IMG/VR virus record: IMGVR_UViG_3300011678_000001
Location: 32,001 to 96,000 of that record
Origin: a virus
Lineage: Duplodnaviria > Caudoviricetes
Strand: one strand, 5' to 3'
Length of the DNA: 64,000 nucleotides
Shown: positions 43,546 through 53,663 of the stretch, piece after piece
Layout of the letters: each line of letters starts with the position of its first letter
Numbering within the stretch: position 1 is the stretch's first letter
Translations under genes and position numbers: made by a program
The notes under the pieces: model-generated
What the model saw: only the letters and a program-made list of their open reading frames with translations
Databases searched by the model: none
Told to the model about the DNA's origin: nothing

Positions 43546-46023
43546 ATGATCAAAGAATTCATCAAACGTGACGGACACATCGAACCCTTCAAAGCCGACA
43601 AGGCCCTGGGTTGGGCGAAATGGAGTGCGCGTGGGTTCTCGAAATACATCGATTGGAACAAGATCGTTGTTCAGACCGTCTCGCAAATGCCCGAGCGTTG
43701 CACCGCCCAACAGTTCAACGACGGCTTGATCCGTAATGCGTTGAATGAAGACACCTGGGCAGGCCAGCTAATGGCCGGTCGTATCTACGCCGCGGACATC
43801 CACAAGGAAGTCTTCGGTGGTAAGAAGAAGATGACCATCCGTGAAGTTCACACCGTCATGCAAGCCGCTGGCGTCATGGTCACGCTGAACTACTCCAATG
43901 AGGAATACGCCCAGATCGAGTCGATGATCGACCATGAGCGTGACTTCCATTGCGCGCACTACCAGCTCAAGCAAGGTCGTGACAAGTACTCGCTGCGCAA
44001 CCGCATCACCGGGCGTATCTACGAGTCCCGTCAGCATGCCTTGATGCGTGTGGCAATGGCCATCTGTGAGCCAGAAGACCCGATCCTGCGGATGGCCCGT
44101 CTGGAATCGCTCTTCTCGGACCTGTCCTTCGAGCGCCTGTCGGCTCCGACCCCGAACCACAACAACATGGCCACCGGTCACAACGGCTTCTTCAGTTGCT
44201 GCCTGTTCACCTGTGACGACTCCAAAGAGTCCATCGCAGCGTCCAGTCACATTGCAGAAGTGATGACCTACATGTCCGCCGGTCTCGGCGAGAACATGCA
44301 AGTGCGTTCCTTGGGCGATGGTATCCGTAACGGCTCGATTGTCCACAGTGGCAAGATCCCGTACTACGGCAAGCAGACGGGCATCGTCAAGTCCAACAAG
44401 CAAGGCTCGCGTGGCGGTAGCCTGAACGAGTACTTCAGTGCTTTTGATCCTGAAGTCAAAGAACTGATGGTGCTGAAGAACCCACGCACACCAATCAACA
44501 AGCGTAACCGCAGCATCGACTACACGATGATGCTCAACCGCTTCTTGCTGCACAAGTCGTCGATCGAAGAGAACGTCTTCCTGTTTAACTGCTACAACGC
44601 CCCGGATCTGTACGCGGCGATGTATGGCAAGGACCAGGACCTGTTCTTCTCGCTGTACGAGAAGTACGAGAAAGACCCGACGTTCAAGAAGACCTACGTC
44701 TCGGCGCGTGAGCTGGTGGTCAACGCCCGTTCCGAAGGCTTTGAGACCGGACGCTTCTACCTGGCACTGATCGATGAGATCAACTACCACACCCCGCACC
44801 GCGATCCGATCTACTCGTCCAACTTGTGCGTGGAAATCACGCAACCGACCTACTGGTACAAGCACCTGACCGAGTTGTACTCGACCAAGTTCTTGGGCTT
44901 CATTCGGTTTGAGACCACCAAAGGCCAGGACAAGCTGCTTGACAGCAACATCCCGGTCGAGATCAAAGGCTATCCGGGCAAGGTCGCGGCACTGGAACTC
45001 AAACCCGGTGTCCTGTACCGTAAAGCCGGTGATCCGGAATGGACCACGGTCAGCAAGGTGATTGAGAAGCGTCAAGAGCCTGAGGTTTCCCTCTGTGCCC
45101 TGGCTGCCATCATCATCAGCAACATCCACAGTGAAGAGCAGTACGCGGAAACCGCGTACAACGCGCTGTACATGATCGACTACTGCATCGACTATAACGA
45201 CTACGCCCTGCCGCACATGAAGCTCACCGCTCAGGCTCGTCGTAACGCCGGTGTCGGGATCATGGACCTGGCCCATTACATGGCCCGCAAGAAGCTGCCG
45301 TACCACACCGAGGAAGGGTACAAGGAATTGCACCGTGTGGCTGAGCGTCATGCTTACCACCTGATCAATGCCTCCATCCGCCTGGGTCAAGAACGCGGTA
45401 ACGCTGAGTGGATTCACAAGACCGATTGGCCGCGTGGTTGGACGCCGATGGCGACCTACAACCGCAACGTCGACAAGCTGGCTGACTTCGAATACCAGTA
45501 CAACTGGGATGCGGTGTCGCTGAACCTCATCGCCTCTGGCGGTGGTCGCTTCAGCTCCCTGATTGCGCACATGCCGGGCGAGTCGTCGTCTAAGTACAGT
45601 GCGGCAACCAACAGCCTGATGGAACTGCGTGAACTGTCGATCATCAAGACCGACGGCGACAACAGCATGTACTGGGTAGCCCCTGAAGCGGATACGCTCA
45701 AGGAGTACTACGGCATTGTCTGGAACTCGACACGCTACCAGCAGACCAACCTGTACGCCATCTTCCAGAAGTGGGCCGACCAGTCAATCAGTGCTGACCT
45801 TTACGCCACCTTCAAAGGTGACGAGAAGATCAACAGCTCGGATCTGATCAAGGAAACCAACTACATCGCTGAGATGGGTCAAAAGACCGTGTACTACACC
45901 AACTCTGACACCTCGGACAAGGAGGCGCTCAAGTCGGTATTCGAACGCGTCCGTCGCGAAGTGCTAGATGATGGTCTGGACATGTCTGGACCTGTGTGCA
46001 CCAGCGGTGGTTGCTCGGTATAA
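43546..46023 (+). CDS. nrdA: class Ia ribonucleotide reductase alpha subunit
   Basis: ATP-cone start IKRDG, APTP, SCCL, QGSRGGS, SNLCVEI, SLC, R..GVG, MPGESSS, C-terminal CTSGGC. Confidence 0.95.
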   Translation: MIKEFIKRDGHIEPFKADKALGWAKWSARGFSKYIDWNKIVVQTVSQMPERCTAQQFNDGLIRNALNEDTWAGQLMAGRIYAADIHKEVFGGKKKMTIREVHTVMQAAGVMVTLNYSNEEYAQIESMIDHERDFHCAHYQLKQGRDKYSLRNRITGRIYESRQHALMRVAMAICEPEDPILRMARLESLFSDLSFERLSAPTPNHNNMATGHNGFFSCCLFTCDDSKESIAASSHIAEVMTYMSAGLGENMQVRSLGDGIRNGSIVHSGKIPYYGKQTGIVKSNKQGSRGGSLNEYFSAFDPEVKELMVLKNPRTPINKRNRSIDYTMMLNRFLLHKSSIEENVFLFNCYNAPDLYAAMYGKDQDLFFSLYEKYEKDPTFKKTYVSARELVVNARSEGFETGRFYLALIDEINYHTPHRDPIYSSNLCVEITQPTYWYKHLTELYSTKFLGFIRFETTKGQDKLLDSNIPVEIKGYPGKVAALELKPGVLYRKAGDPEWTTVSKVIEKRQEPEVSLCALAAIIISNIHSEEQYAETAYNALYMIDYCIDYNDYALPHMKLTAQARRNAGVGIMDLAHYMARKKLPYHTEEGYKELHRVAERHAYHLINASIRLGQERGNAEWIHKTDWPRGWTPMATYNRNVDKLADFEYQYNWDAVSLNLIASGGGRFSSLIAHMPGESSSKYSAATNSLMELRELSIIKTDGDNSMYWVAPEADTLKEYYGIVWNSTRYQQTNLYAIFQKWADQSISADLYATFKGDEKINSSDLIKETNYIAEMGQKTVYYTNSDTSDKEALKSVFERVRREVLDDGLDMSGPVCTSGGCSV

Positions 46024-46087
46024 CAGATCGTGAACGGCCGGGGTCACAACCGGCCTTCCCCTCTCCCTTCTTTCGGACAGACTCTTC

Positions 46088-47239
46088 ATGTTTGACAACA
46101 AAATCTTCAACGCTGACAAGAGCGATTATCACAGTTCTTCATTGTTCCTGGGGGAACCAAATGGACTTATCGACACGGTTAACAGCCATCATACTCGCCT
46201 GTGGGATCTTTACCGCTCCTTGCGCGGCCTGGACTGGGACACTCACGAGTTCGACTTCACTCCCTGCTTACTTGAGTTCAAGACTAAGCCCAAGGGAATA
46301 TCCCAAGCCATGATCCAGAACCTGGGTTGGCAGTGGGAAGCCGACTCAGTAGCCGCCAACTCCATCATGGCGGTGATGAACCACTTCGTGACCGACTCCG
46401 GTCTTAAGACGGTGTGGGATCAGATCGTGGCGAACGAGAACCTGCATGGTACGACCTACTCGGAAATCGTGCGTTACAGCTTCGATGCGCCGAACAAGGT
46501 ACTCGAAGAAGTACTGGGCGTCAAAGATGCCCTGCAGCGGCTGGCGATCGTGGGCAAGGTCATGGGTAACGCGTTCCGCGTCGGCCTGGATGTGTCCCGT
46601 GGGGTGATCAACCGTAACAGCGACGAAGCCTACAGTGCAGCGTTCCTGTTCACTTGCGCCCTGTTTGGCCTGGAACGTGTGAACTTCATGGGCTCTTTCG
46701 CCGTGACCGGTGCTATTGCTCAGACGGGCGACTTCATGCCGATCTGTAAGGCCGTTCAGCGTATCGCACAGGACGAAGCGGAGATTCACGTCAACGTCGG
46801 TAAGTACGTCCTGCAGACTGAACTGGCTACCGCTCGTGGCCGTGCATGCTGGAAAGCCAACCGCGACCTGATCAATGACATGTTCATGGAGATCATGGCC
46901 AGTGAGATGCGCTGGATCAACTTCCAGGTACAATCTGGTTCTGAACTGCCGCAGGACATCACCAGCTGGGATCAGGTTAAGCAGTACGTCCGCTTCAACG
47001 TAGCAGACGCGCTCGATACCCTGGAACTGCCGGTGGACTTCAAAGCCCCGCTCGAGATTCCGCTGCCTTACATGGTCAAGTGGCTCGATGTGGCTGCTAC
47101 TCAAGCCTCTCCGCAAGAGCAGGACAATGGTCAGTATCGTGTTAACGTCGTTCGTCATGACGACCACGGTATCGTCTTCCCGTTCGAACTCAAGCGCGAG
47201 CGCAAACTCTGGCTGCCGAGTGCCGCTGTAGCTGCGTAA
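46088..47239 (+). CDS. nrdB: ribonucleotide reductase beta subunit
   Basis: WQWEADS, ENLH..TYS.I, LERVNFMGSF, IAQDE.EIH, SPQE....QY. Confidence 0.95.
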   Translation: MFDNKIFNADKSDYHSSSLFLGEPNGLIDTVNSHHTRLWDLYRSLRGLDWDTHEFDFTPCLLEFKTKPKGISQAMIQNLGWQWEADSVAANSIMAVMNHFVTDSGLKTVWDQIVANENLHGTTYSEIVRYSFDAPNKVLEEVLGVKDALQRLAIVGKVMGNAFRVGLDVSRGVINRNSDEAYSAAFLFTCALFGLERVNFMGSFAVTGAIAQTGDFMPICKAVQRIAQDEAEIHVNVGKYVLQTELATARGRACWKANRDLINDMFMEIMASEMRWINFQVQSGSELPQDITSWDQVKQYVRFNVADALDTLELPVDFKAPLEIPLPYMVKWLDVAATQASPQEQDNGQYRVNVVRHDDHGIVFPFELKRERKLWLPSAAVAA

Positions 47240-47241
47240 AT

Positions 47242-47285
47242 GACATGGCCCCACGGTGCTACGGTGCCGTGGGGCTTATGCCGGC
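47242..47285 (+). terminator. hairpin plus TATGCCG after nrdB
   Basis: GCCCCACGG..CCGTGGGGC-TTATGCCG. Confidence 0.65.
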
Positions 47286-47346
47286 TCATCCTATGTACAG
47301 GTGTTCTTTTAAACTGTACTTCCATCGTTTAACTGAGGGAAACCGC

Positions 47347-47874
47347 ATGAATAGCAACAAATCAGGCCAGGCCCTGCTGCTTGCCGCACTCAACCGTGCT
47401 GCTGCTCCACAAGGCTACAGCTTCAGCGCATCGGACCTGACTTTCAGTGCCGTTGCTGCTTCTGAAAACCCCAACCGCGAAGTGCAGGTGTCGTGCACCG
47501 CTGTTGCAGAAAGCCAGTTCGAAGGCAGCAAGGTTGTCTTCTTCAACCGCATCGACCTTGGCCCGCTGTTCTCTGCAGCTGGTTACGAAGCGATCGAGAT
47601 GATCAAAGGCGCCACCACTGTTGGTGAAGTCGTTGATGCCATCAACAGCCGTTTCGACATGGGCTTCACTGCCGAAGACTTCGACCTGTCCATCGCTGTT
47701 AGCTCCGAAGACGACACCGTTGTCCTCGAGGCTCTGCCGGGTTCTTACGCATTCAAAGGCCAGCTGTTGATCAGCATGGTCGTTGAAAAGACCCAGATGG
47801 ATGACGCCGTTGTGAACCCGGAACTGGCCGGCATGGAATCTGACGCCCAGCCGCAAGAAGTAGCGCCTGAGTAA
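47347..47874 (+). CDS. virion structural protein (phiKZ-like family)
   Basis: F.G...VFFNRIDL, IN..F...F...D, A.PGSY.F.G motifs; TATG at 47292. Confidence 0.7.
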   Translation: MNSNKSGQALLLAALNRAAAPQGYSFSASDLTFSAVAASENPNREVQVSCTAVAESQFEGSKVVFFNRIDLGPLFSAAGYEAIEMIKGATTVGEVVDAINSRFDMGFTAEDFDLSIAVSSEDDTVVLEALPGSYAFKGQLLISMVVEKTQMDDAVVNPELAGMESDAQPQEVAPE

Positions 47875-47904
47875 TTGGGTAAACGGATAGAGTGAGGATA
47901 CCCC

Positions 47905-48384
47905 ATGGGTGATCAAAGCTTAACCGTCTCGATTGCCCAGCTTCCTCCACTTGAACCGCAGCTGCTCTCGGGAGAGGACAGCGTTGAGATCACCATCAGC
48001 ACTCGTGTTGATGGTGGTCACGGCTTTGCCAAGAAGACCTACCGGACTTCCCTCAACGCCATCCTGAAAATGTACGCCGGAAGGCGCGACAACCCCAACC
48101 AGGTGACTGCCGAACAAGTTGGCGCCTACACGGTCGATCAAGTCCGTGCGCTGCTTGCGGAGAAGCTTGGCGTTAATGATGTAGCCGTTAACGCTCTGAA
48201 GCTGGACGGTAAGACTCGGCAAGAGATTGTCGAAGAAGCGCGCGCAGGAACTGTAAATGACGCGCTCAACCTAGGAGGTCGTCCCGCTGAGGACTATCTG
48301 CTGGTTGACAGTTTCCAATCGGTCATGACCAATGTGACCCAAAGCATCGATGAGCTCGCTGACTCTCTCAGCAATACCAACTGA
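47905..48384 (+). CDS. fibre-family protein 1
   Basis: RRDNPNQVTAEQVG, ALKLDG, ALNLGG modules. Confidence 0.75.
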   Translation: MGDQSLTVSIAQLPPLEPQLLSGEDSVEITISTRVDGGHGFAKKTYRTSLNAILKMYAGRRDNPNQVTAEQVGAYTVDQVRALLAEKLGVNDVAVNALKLDGKTRQEIVEEARAGTVNDALNLGGRPAEDYLLVDSFQSVMTNVTQSIDELADSLSNTN

Positions 48385-48396
48385 AGGTGAATATTC

Positions 48397-49362
48397 ATGT
48401 CCCTTGATGTACAGAAGTTGACGGCCCTGCTGACTTCGATCAGCCAGTTCAACGTCACCCTGCGTAACCGTCTGGAAACCAAACTCGACGCGAACGGCAC
48501 TGCTGCTGATGCAGCCAAGTTGGGCGGTCAGACCCTCGATCAGATCCTTGCTGATCTGGATGCGGCTAGCCAAACTCAACTGCAAGCCCTGAGCGACGAA
48601 CTGACTGCCTTTATGGCCCGTCAGGACAACCCGCACAACGTTACCCAAGCCCAAGTTGGCCTGAGTGATGTACCGAACTTCGGTGCAGCCTCTGACGCTG
48701 AAGCGGTTGCGGGGGCTGTTGCCAACAAGCTCTTGACTCCGGCTAACCTTGCTGCCTTCTGGGCAGACAAAGTGGGTTCGGCTCCTGAGACCATGGACAC
48801 CATCGCGGAACTGTCTGCTGCCCTGCAGAACAACCCCGATGCCATCAGCGCGCTCCAGTCGCTGGTTCAGGAAAACGCTGACGACCTGGCTGCCATGCAG
48901 CTGCTGGTTGATAGCAAACTCGGCCTCACTGGTCTGGACCTCGTTACCGAAGGCGCTGACAAGACCCGTTTCGTAGTCGGTACTCCGGCCGCTATCGGCA
49001 ATGTCACCCTGATCACCGGTGTGGCTGCTGCTGCCGACCTCGGTATCGTCGAAGCTGGTTTCGAAGCCGCTGTAGGCGTTCTGACCATCACTTCCGGCGT
49101 TGTTGCTGGTGTGACCACTGTTAGCCGTAAGTTCGTTGCCACTGTTGGCGGTGCTTCGGTTTCCTTCGACCAGGTGGGTAACTCCACTGACGGTTGGGCA
49201 TCCTGGTCGCGCGTCATGCGCACCACTGATCAGTCCAGCGACGCTGCTACCCTCGGTGGCCACAGCGCTGAGTACTTCGCCTCCCTGACCCAACTGGAAG
49301 CCGTGTACACGGATCTCTCGGCGGCGATTCAGGAAGTTGCTGATCAGCACGCTGCTCAGTAA
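48397..49362 (+). CDS. fibre-family protein 2
   Basis: ARQDNPHNVTQAQVGL, APETMDTIAELSAALQNNP. Confidence 0.8.
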   Translation: MSLDVQKLTALLTSISQFNVTLRNRLETKLDANGTAADAAKLGGQTLDQILADLDAASQTQLQALSDELTAFMARQDNPHNVTQAQVGLSDVPNFGAASDAEAVAGAVANKLLTPANLAAFWADKVGSAPETMDTIAELSAALQNNPDAISALQSLVQENADDLAAMQLLVDSKLGLTGLDLVTEGADKTRFVVGTPAAIGNVTLITGVAAAADLGIVEAGFEAAVGVLTITSGVVAGVTTVSRKFVATVGGASVSFDQVGNSTDGWASWSRVMRTTDQSSDAATLGGHSAEYFASLTQLEAVYTDLSAAIQEVADQHAAQ

Positions 49363-49392
49363 TCCTGACTAACGTCTTCCTAGGAGATCCTC

Positions 49393-50109
49393 ATGGACCA
49401 CGCAGTATTGGTACAGAACCTTAAGGGTTCATTGCAGAACCTGGCCACTAACCTGGCCAACAAAGACGCCCTCAACTCCCTGAAGTTGGAAGGCAAAACG
49501 CTGGCGGAAGTCACCGCGCTGATCCTTCAAGGTACCGCGGCGAACGCTTCGAAACTTGAAGGTAAGACGTACCAGGAAATCGTCGACGCCCTGACCGGCG
49601 AAGGCTCCCTGGTTTCCGACGTACAGGCTCAGCTCGATGCGTTCATCGCCCGTCGCGATAACCCGCATGCCGTCACCAAGGACCAGGTTGGTCTGGGTGA
49701 CGTTCAGAACTTTGCCGTGGCAACGTCTGAAGAAGCCGCTGCTGGTGCCGTCGACAAGTACGTGACACCTGCCCTGGCCAAGGAATTGGTTCAGGCTGGT
49801 ATTGATGCACTGGTCGGTGCTGCCCCCGATGCCCTGAATACCCTTCAGGAACTCGCTGCCGCGCTGAACAATGACCCCGACATCATCAACAGCCTGCAGA
49901 CACAGATCGACGGTAAGGAAACGCCAGCAGGCGCACAGGCCAAGGCCGATGCAGCCCTGACGTCCGCCAACACCTACACCGACACCAAGGCAACCGATAC
50001 ACTGGCTGCTGCAGAAGCCTACAACGATGACGCCATCCAGGCCATCATCGATGAGTGCAATCTGCTGTCGGCTGATATCGAAGCCCTGTCGGCTCCGACT
50101 GGCGTTTAA
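49393..50109 (+). CDS. fibre-family protein 3
   Basis: LQNLATNL..LKLEG, ARRDNPHAVT..QVGLG, APDALNTLQELAAALNNDP. Confidence 0.8.
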   Translation: MDHAVLVQNLKGSLQNLATNLANKDALNSLKLEGKTLAEVTALILQGTAANASKLEGKTYQEIVDALTGEGSLVSDVQAQLDAFIARRDNPHAVTKDQVGLGDVQNFAVATSEEAAAGAVDKYVTPALAKELVQAGIDALVGAAPDALNTLQELAAALNNDPDIINSLQTQIDGKETPAGAQAKADAALTSANTYTDTKATDTLAAAEAYNDDAIQAIIDECNLLSADIEALSAPTGV

Positions 50110-50121
50110 TCAGCGCCCATT

Positions 50122-50150
50122 GAGTGCAGGGGTGACCCTGCACTCTTTGT
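50122..50150 (+). terminator. hairpin terminator
   Basis: GAGTGCAGGG-GTGA-CCCTGCACTC-TTTG. Confidence 0.6.
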
Positions 50151-50177
50151 CTGACAGCCTTTATTTTGGAGAACTCC

Positions 50178-52007
50178 ATGGCTGATTTGGAACAAACGGT
50201 AGCCGGTCTTAAAACCGCTATCCAGAACTTGGCGACTAACCTCAGTCAGTTGACCAAGCAGAATGGTCTGAAGCTTGAAGGTTTGGACCTCAATGCCCTG
50301 TCGACTCAGATCCTGCTAGGCACAGTAGCTGATGCCAACCTGCTGGACAGCAAGACGTACGCTGACCTGCAAACGGCCGTAGTCACCGAAGGCAATTCCA
50401 CTCAAGCACAGTTGACTGCGTTTATTGCACGCCGGGACAATCCGCATGCAGTGACCGCTGAACAAGTCGACCTCGGTAACCTCATCGACCAAGGCTTTGC
50501 CACGGCTGAAGAAGGTCAACTGGGCGTCAGCAACAAGTACGTCGATCCGGCAGTGGTTAAAGCTGTTGTCGATCAGGCCGTAGCTGACTTCACCACCGGT
50601 TCGCCGGAGGACATGAATACGCTCGACGAGATCGCGGCGATTCTCAAGGACGACCCCCAGACCATCAACAACCTGATCTCTCAGGTCGGTGGACTGATCA
50701 GCATTGCTGATGCCCAAGCCAAGATGGACGCCATCATGGTGCCCGCCACTGCAAAAGCGGACACAGACTTCGCTAACGTACTGGCCAGTGCTAAAGTCCA
50801 CTCAGACAGCAACGTAGGCACCTTGGCGGACTTCCTGGCAAACTTGGCTGATACATTGAAGACCGGCTTTGAAATCCTAGTGCCGTTTGAAGCGCTGATG
50901 GTTACTGGTAGTGGTACATTGTCCACCGGTGCGTTGGCATACGGCTGGCGCGCGTCCACGGTGGAGACGCCGTTTGGTCGAATCAGTGACACGGTGTTTG
51001 GTAAGAATCAGACGGTCAACATGATCTACTGGCTTGCCGCAACCAAGCAGTTCATTGTTCGTGTCCAGGGTCTGGTAGCCCCGTCCATGCAAATGGCTGG
51101 ATTGGTTGTTAACGGCGTGGTCATGCCGTATTCACAGACCATAGCGACTGATACCCAGACGTCGTTCTACTTCGATGGCGCAGGTCTCACTGTACCGACT
51201 GCGGTTGGCTTCCCGCTGGCTGTGAAGATGATCGCTGTGGTGCCTAAGGTGATTGCACTGCCGGTCTATGAAGCAGACCTGACCATCGGCGTGACTTCGG
51301 CAATTGTTGCCGGACAGCCGACCTACGGTTACCGTCCAGCTTCCGGGACTTTCCCAATCGGTGCGGTCAGCAATCCCAACTGGGCTAACGGTGCGGTCAT
51401 CCGGGCATTCAACTGGTTCTCGCATGTTCGTGAACTGCGTGTCAGTATCGACGGTGATCTGACAAATGACGGTACCCCGACAGCCATGATTGGGGATGTG
51501 GTCCTCACGTGCACATGGCGCTATTACAGCGCGGTGACCGGCCAGACGACATTCGTCTTTGCCTGGAAGGAAACCCTGCCAACTTCGGGCACAGTGCCGA
51601 TCCGCATGTTCATGAAGCAGGGGGCTGTAGTGCCGCTGTTCCGTCATGAGACCGCCATTGTGGTCGGTAACAAGTCGCTGAACAACATGAACTTCCTGGG
51701 TTACCGTGACCCGGTCAGTGAAGGCATGGGCAGCATCGGGGCACCTAACTACAAAGGCCTCACTGCCCACAAGATCCTGTTTGCACAGTGGAACACCACT
51801 TCTCGTCAGGTGAGTGTGTACGTCATGGGTGACGTCAGGGCAGACAACATCAGCGAGATTGAGTTCGACGGCATCCGCTTGAATAACCGTATCTTGTTTG
51901 ATCTCCAGACCACCACAGGCATCGGTACTTACACCCGTCACATGTTTGATTCCACCGGGCTGACGCAACCACTGGTCAACGGGGAATCTGTTTACCTGCG
52001 GTTCTAA
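50178..52007 (+). CDS. fibre-family protein 4 with three C-terminal beta-rich repeats
   Basis: Shared N-terminal ~230 aa; repeats starting ..G.......(Y/L)G(Y/W)R. Confidence 0.8.
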   Translation: MADLEQTVAGLKTAIQNLATNLSQLTKQNGLKLEGLDLNALSTQILLGTVADANLLDSKTYADLQTAVVTEGNSTQAQLTAFIARRDNPHAVTAEQVDLGNLIDQGFATAEEGQLGVSNKYVDPAVVKAVVDQAVADFTTGSPEDMNTLDEIAAILKDDPQTINNLISQVGGLISIADAQAKMDAIMVPATAKADTDFANVLASAKVHSDSNVGTLADFLANLADTLKTGFEILVPFEALMVTGSGTLSTGALAYGWRASTVETPFGRISDTVFGKNQTVNMIYWLAATKQFIVRVQGLVAPSMQMAGLVVNGVVMPYSQTIATDTQTSFYFDGAGLTVPTAVGFPLAVKMIAVVPKVIALPVYEADLTIGVTSAIVAGQPTYGYRPASGTFPIGAVSNPNWANGAVIRAFNWFSHVRELRVSIDGDLTNDGTPTAMIGDVVLTCTWRYYSAVTGQTTFVFAWKETLPTSGTVPIRMFMKQGAVVPLFRHETAIVVGNKSLNNMNFLGYRDPVSEGMGSIGAPNYKGLTAHKILFAQWNTTSRQVSVYVMGDVRADNISEIEFDGIRLNNRILFDLQTTTGIGTYTRHMFDSTGLTQPLVNGESVYLRF

Positions 52008-52054
52008 TGACATAGAGGGCGGGATGCCCCGCCCTTCCCAAGAGGTGAGCTTCA

Positions 52055-53521
52055 ATGGAACAACTTGCATTACAGGTGAAGTCTGCCTTCCAGTCATTGG
52101 CCACGAACCTGGCTAACCTGACCAAGCAGAACGGCTTGAAGTTGGAAGGTCAAGACCTCAATGCCCTGACCCTTCAGATTCTAGCACAGACTCTGGCCAA
52201 CACCGACAAGCTTGAAGGCTACAGCTATGCTGACCTGCAAGCCATGGTGGGCGGCGCTGAATCCAGTGTGGCTGACATCCAAGCACAGCTTGATGCGCAC
52301 ATCGCACGTACTGACAACCCCCACCAGGTCACGGCTGAACAGGCCGGTCTGGGCAATGTGACCAATCAGGGCTTTGCGACGGCTGAAGAAGCAGATCTCG
52401 CGGTGACAAACAAGTACATTGACCCGGCGCTGGTAAAGGTTGCGGTTGATCGTGCGATTGCCGCACTGAGTGAAGGCGCTCCTGAGACCATAGATACCCT
52501 GCAAGAAATTGCAGCCATCTTCAACAACGACCCGCAGGTTGTCAACAACTTGATCACGGCCGTTGCCGGTCTGATCTCGGTTGCTGATTCGCAGGCGTTG
52601 ATGGATTCGACCCTGGTCACAGTCAACACCCGGACAGACTCTGCGTTCAGTACGGTCTTCACCCAAGCTAAACTGCATTCGGACAGCAACATCGGTTCGT
52701 TGGCAGATTGGCTCAGTGAACTGGCAGCATCGTTCAGTCCGCTTAAAGTGTTGTATGAACTGGTCATGTCTATTGGCGGTCCTAACAACATGGGTAACCG
52801 TGGTTACTCCACATCGAAAGGTGCCAGCCTAGGTACCGGTGGAGCGATCGGTAGTATCAGCCGCACCGTCCTCACCGGAAGCGCTAACATTGCGGCAATC
52901 GTTAACCGATATGAAGACAACCAAATTCGGATGGAGTTCTATCCGATGAGTGCAGGTGCCGGCATCGGCGTGGTTGATTCGGTTGAAATCGGTGGGGTGT
53001 CGTATAAGTTCGCCAGTCGTGGTGGCAACCCTTACAGCGACAGCTACAGTATGCACTTCACAGGCGAAGCAGGCAAGTTCCCGCCAAACGGCGATAACGT
53101 TCCTGTGAAATTCATGATGAAGGCCCCTGTCCTGAAACTGATCCATGACACCAATATCACCGTGGGCCGTGCAGCCGGTATTCAGCCAAGTGGTTGGAGT
53201 TACGGTTATCGGGTCTACGGTAACTACCAGTACGGTTCGATCGTCGACAACACCATCGAAGATGCACTGAACATTCAGATCGTCTCATGGCATGATTACA
53301 ACCGGTTGTTCCAGTTCGTCCTTCTGGGTGATCGTCGGACCAGCTTCCGTTTGGATAAGGTCATGTTGGGTACGACCGAACTAGATATGTCGGCCGCTGT
53401 ACCGACGTACAACAGCAGCCAGAACTTGACCGGCTGGGCGGTTGCCTTGCCTGCTGAGTTTGTCATTGGTGCGTTGCTTGGTCAGTCAGTGCCACTTAAG
53501 GTCTACGGCGAGCGTCTGTAA
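52055..53521 (+). CDS. fibre-family protein 5 with two C-terminal beta-rich repeats
   Basis: N-terminus highly similar to protein 4 (TKQNGLKLEG.DLNAL..QIL, AK.HSDSN.G.LAD); divergent C-terminus. Confidence 0.8.
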   Translation: MEQLALQVKSAFQSLATNLANLTKQNGLKLEGQDLNALTLQILAQTLANTDKLEGYSYADLQAMVGGAESSVADIQAQLDAHIARTDNPHQVTAEQAGLGNVTNQGFATAEEADLAVTNKYIDPALVKVAVDRAIAALSEGAPETIDTLQEIAAIFNNDPQVVNNLITAVAGLISVADSQALMDSTLVTVNTRTDSAFSTVFTQAKLHSDSNIGSLADWLSELAASFSPLKVLYELVMSIGGPNNMGNRGYSTSKGASLGTGGAIGSISRTVLTGSANIAAIVNRYEDNQIRMEFYPMSAGAGIGVVDSVEIGGVSYKFASRGGNPYSDSYSMHFTGEAGKFPPNGDNVPVKFMMKAPVLKLIHDTNITVGRAAGIQPSGWSYGYRVYGNYQYGSIVDNTIEDALNIQIVSWHDYNRLFQFVLLGDRRTSFRLDKVMLGTTELDMSAAVPTYNSSQNLTGWAVALPAEFVIGALLGQSVPLKVYGERL

Positions 53522-53663
53522 TAAATCTCCCGCATTTATCGTGAGATACTATGAGAGAGCGCTTTCTACGCTGTAGTCAGTGCTTTATCCGAGAATCGCT
53601 CAGGCTCGCTAATTACACGGTCTGGGTGGTTCTTGTTTTCCATTTTGTCGAGGACAATTGAAC

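Noticed and set aside
44890-45075. Functional intein or intron in nrdA
   Set aside because: Frame is uninterrupted; insert is too short and lacks N-terminal Cys/Ser and C-terminal His-Asn
50178-53521. Diversity-generating retroelement or invertible tail-fibre switch
   Set aside because: No reverse transcriptase, recombinase, adenine-specific TR/VR pair or inverted crossover sites seen; similarity is ordinary paralogy
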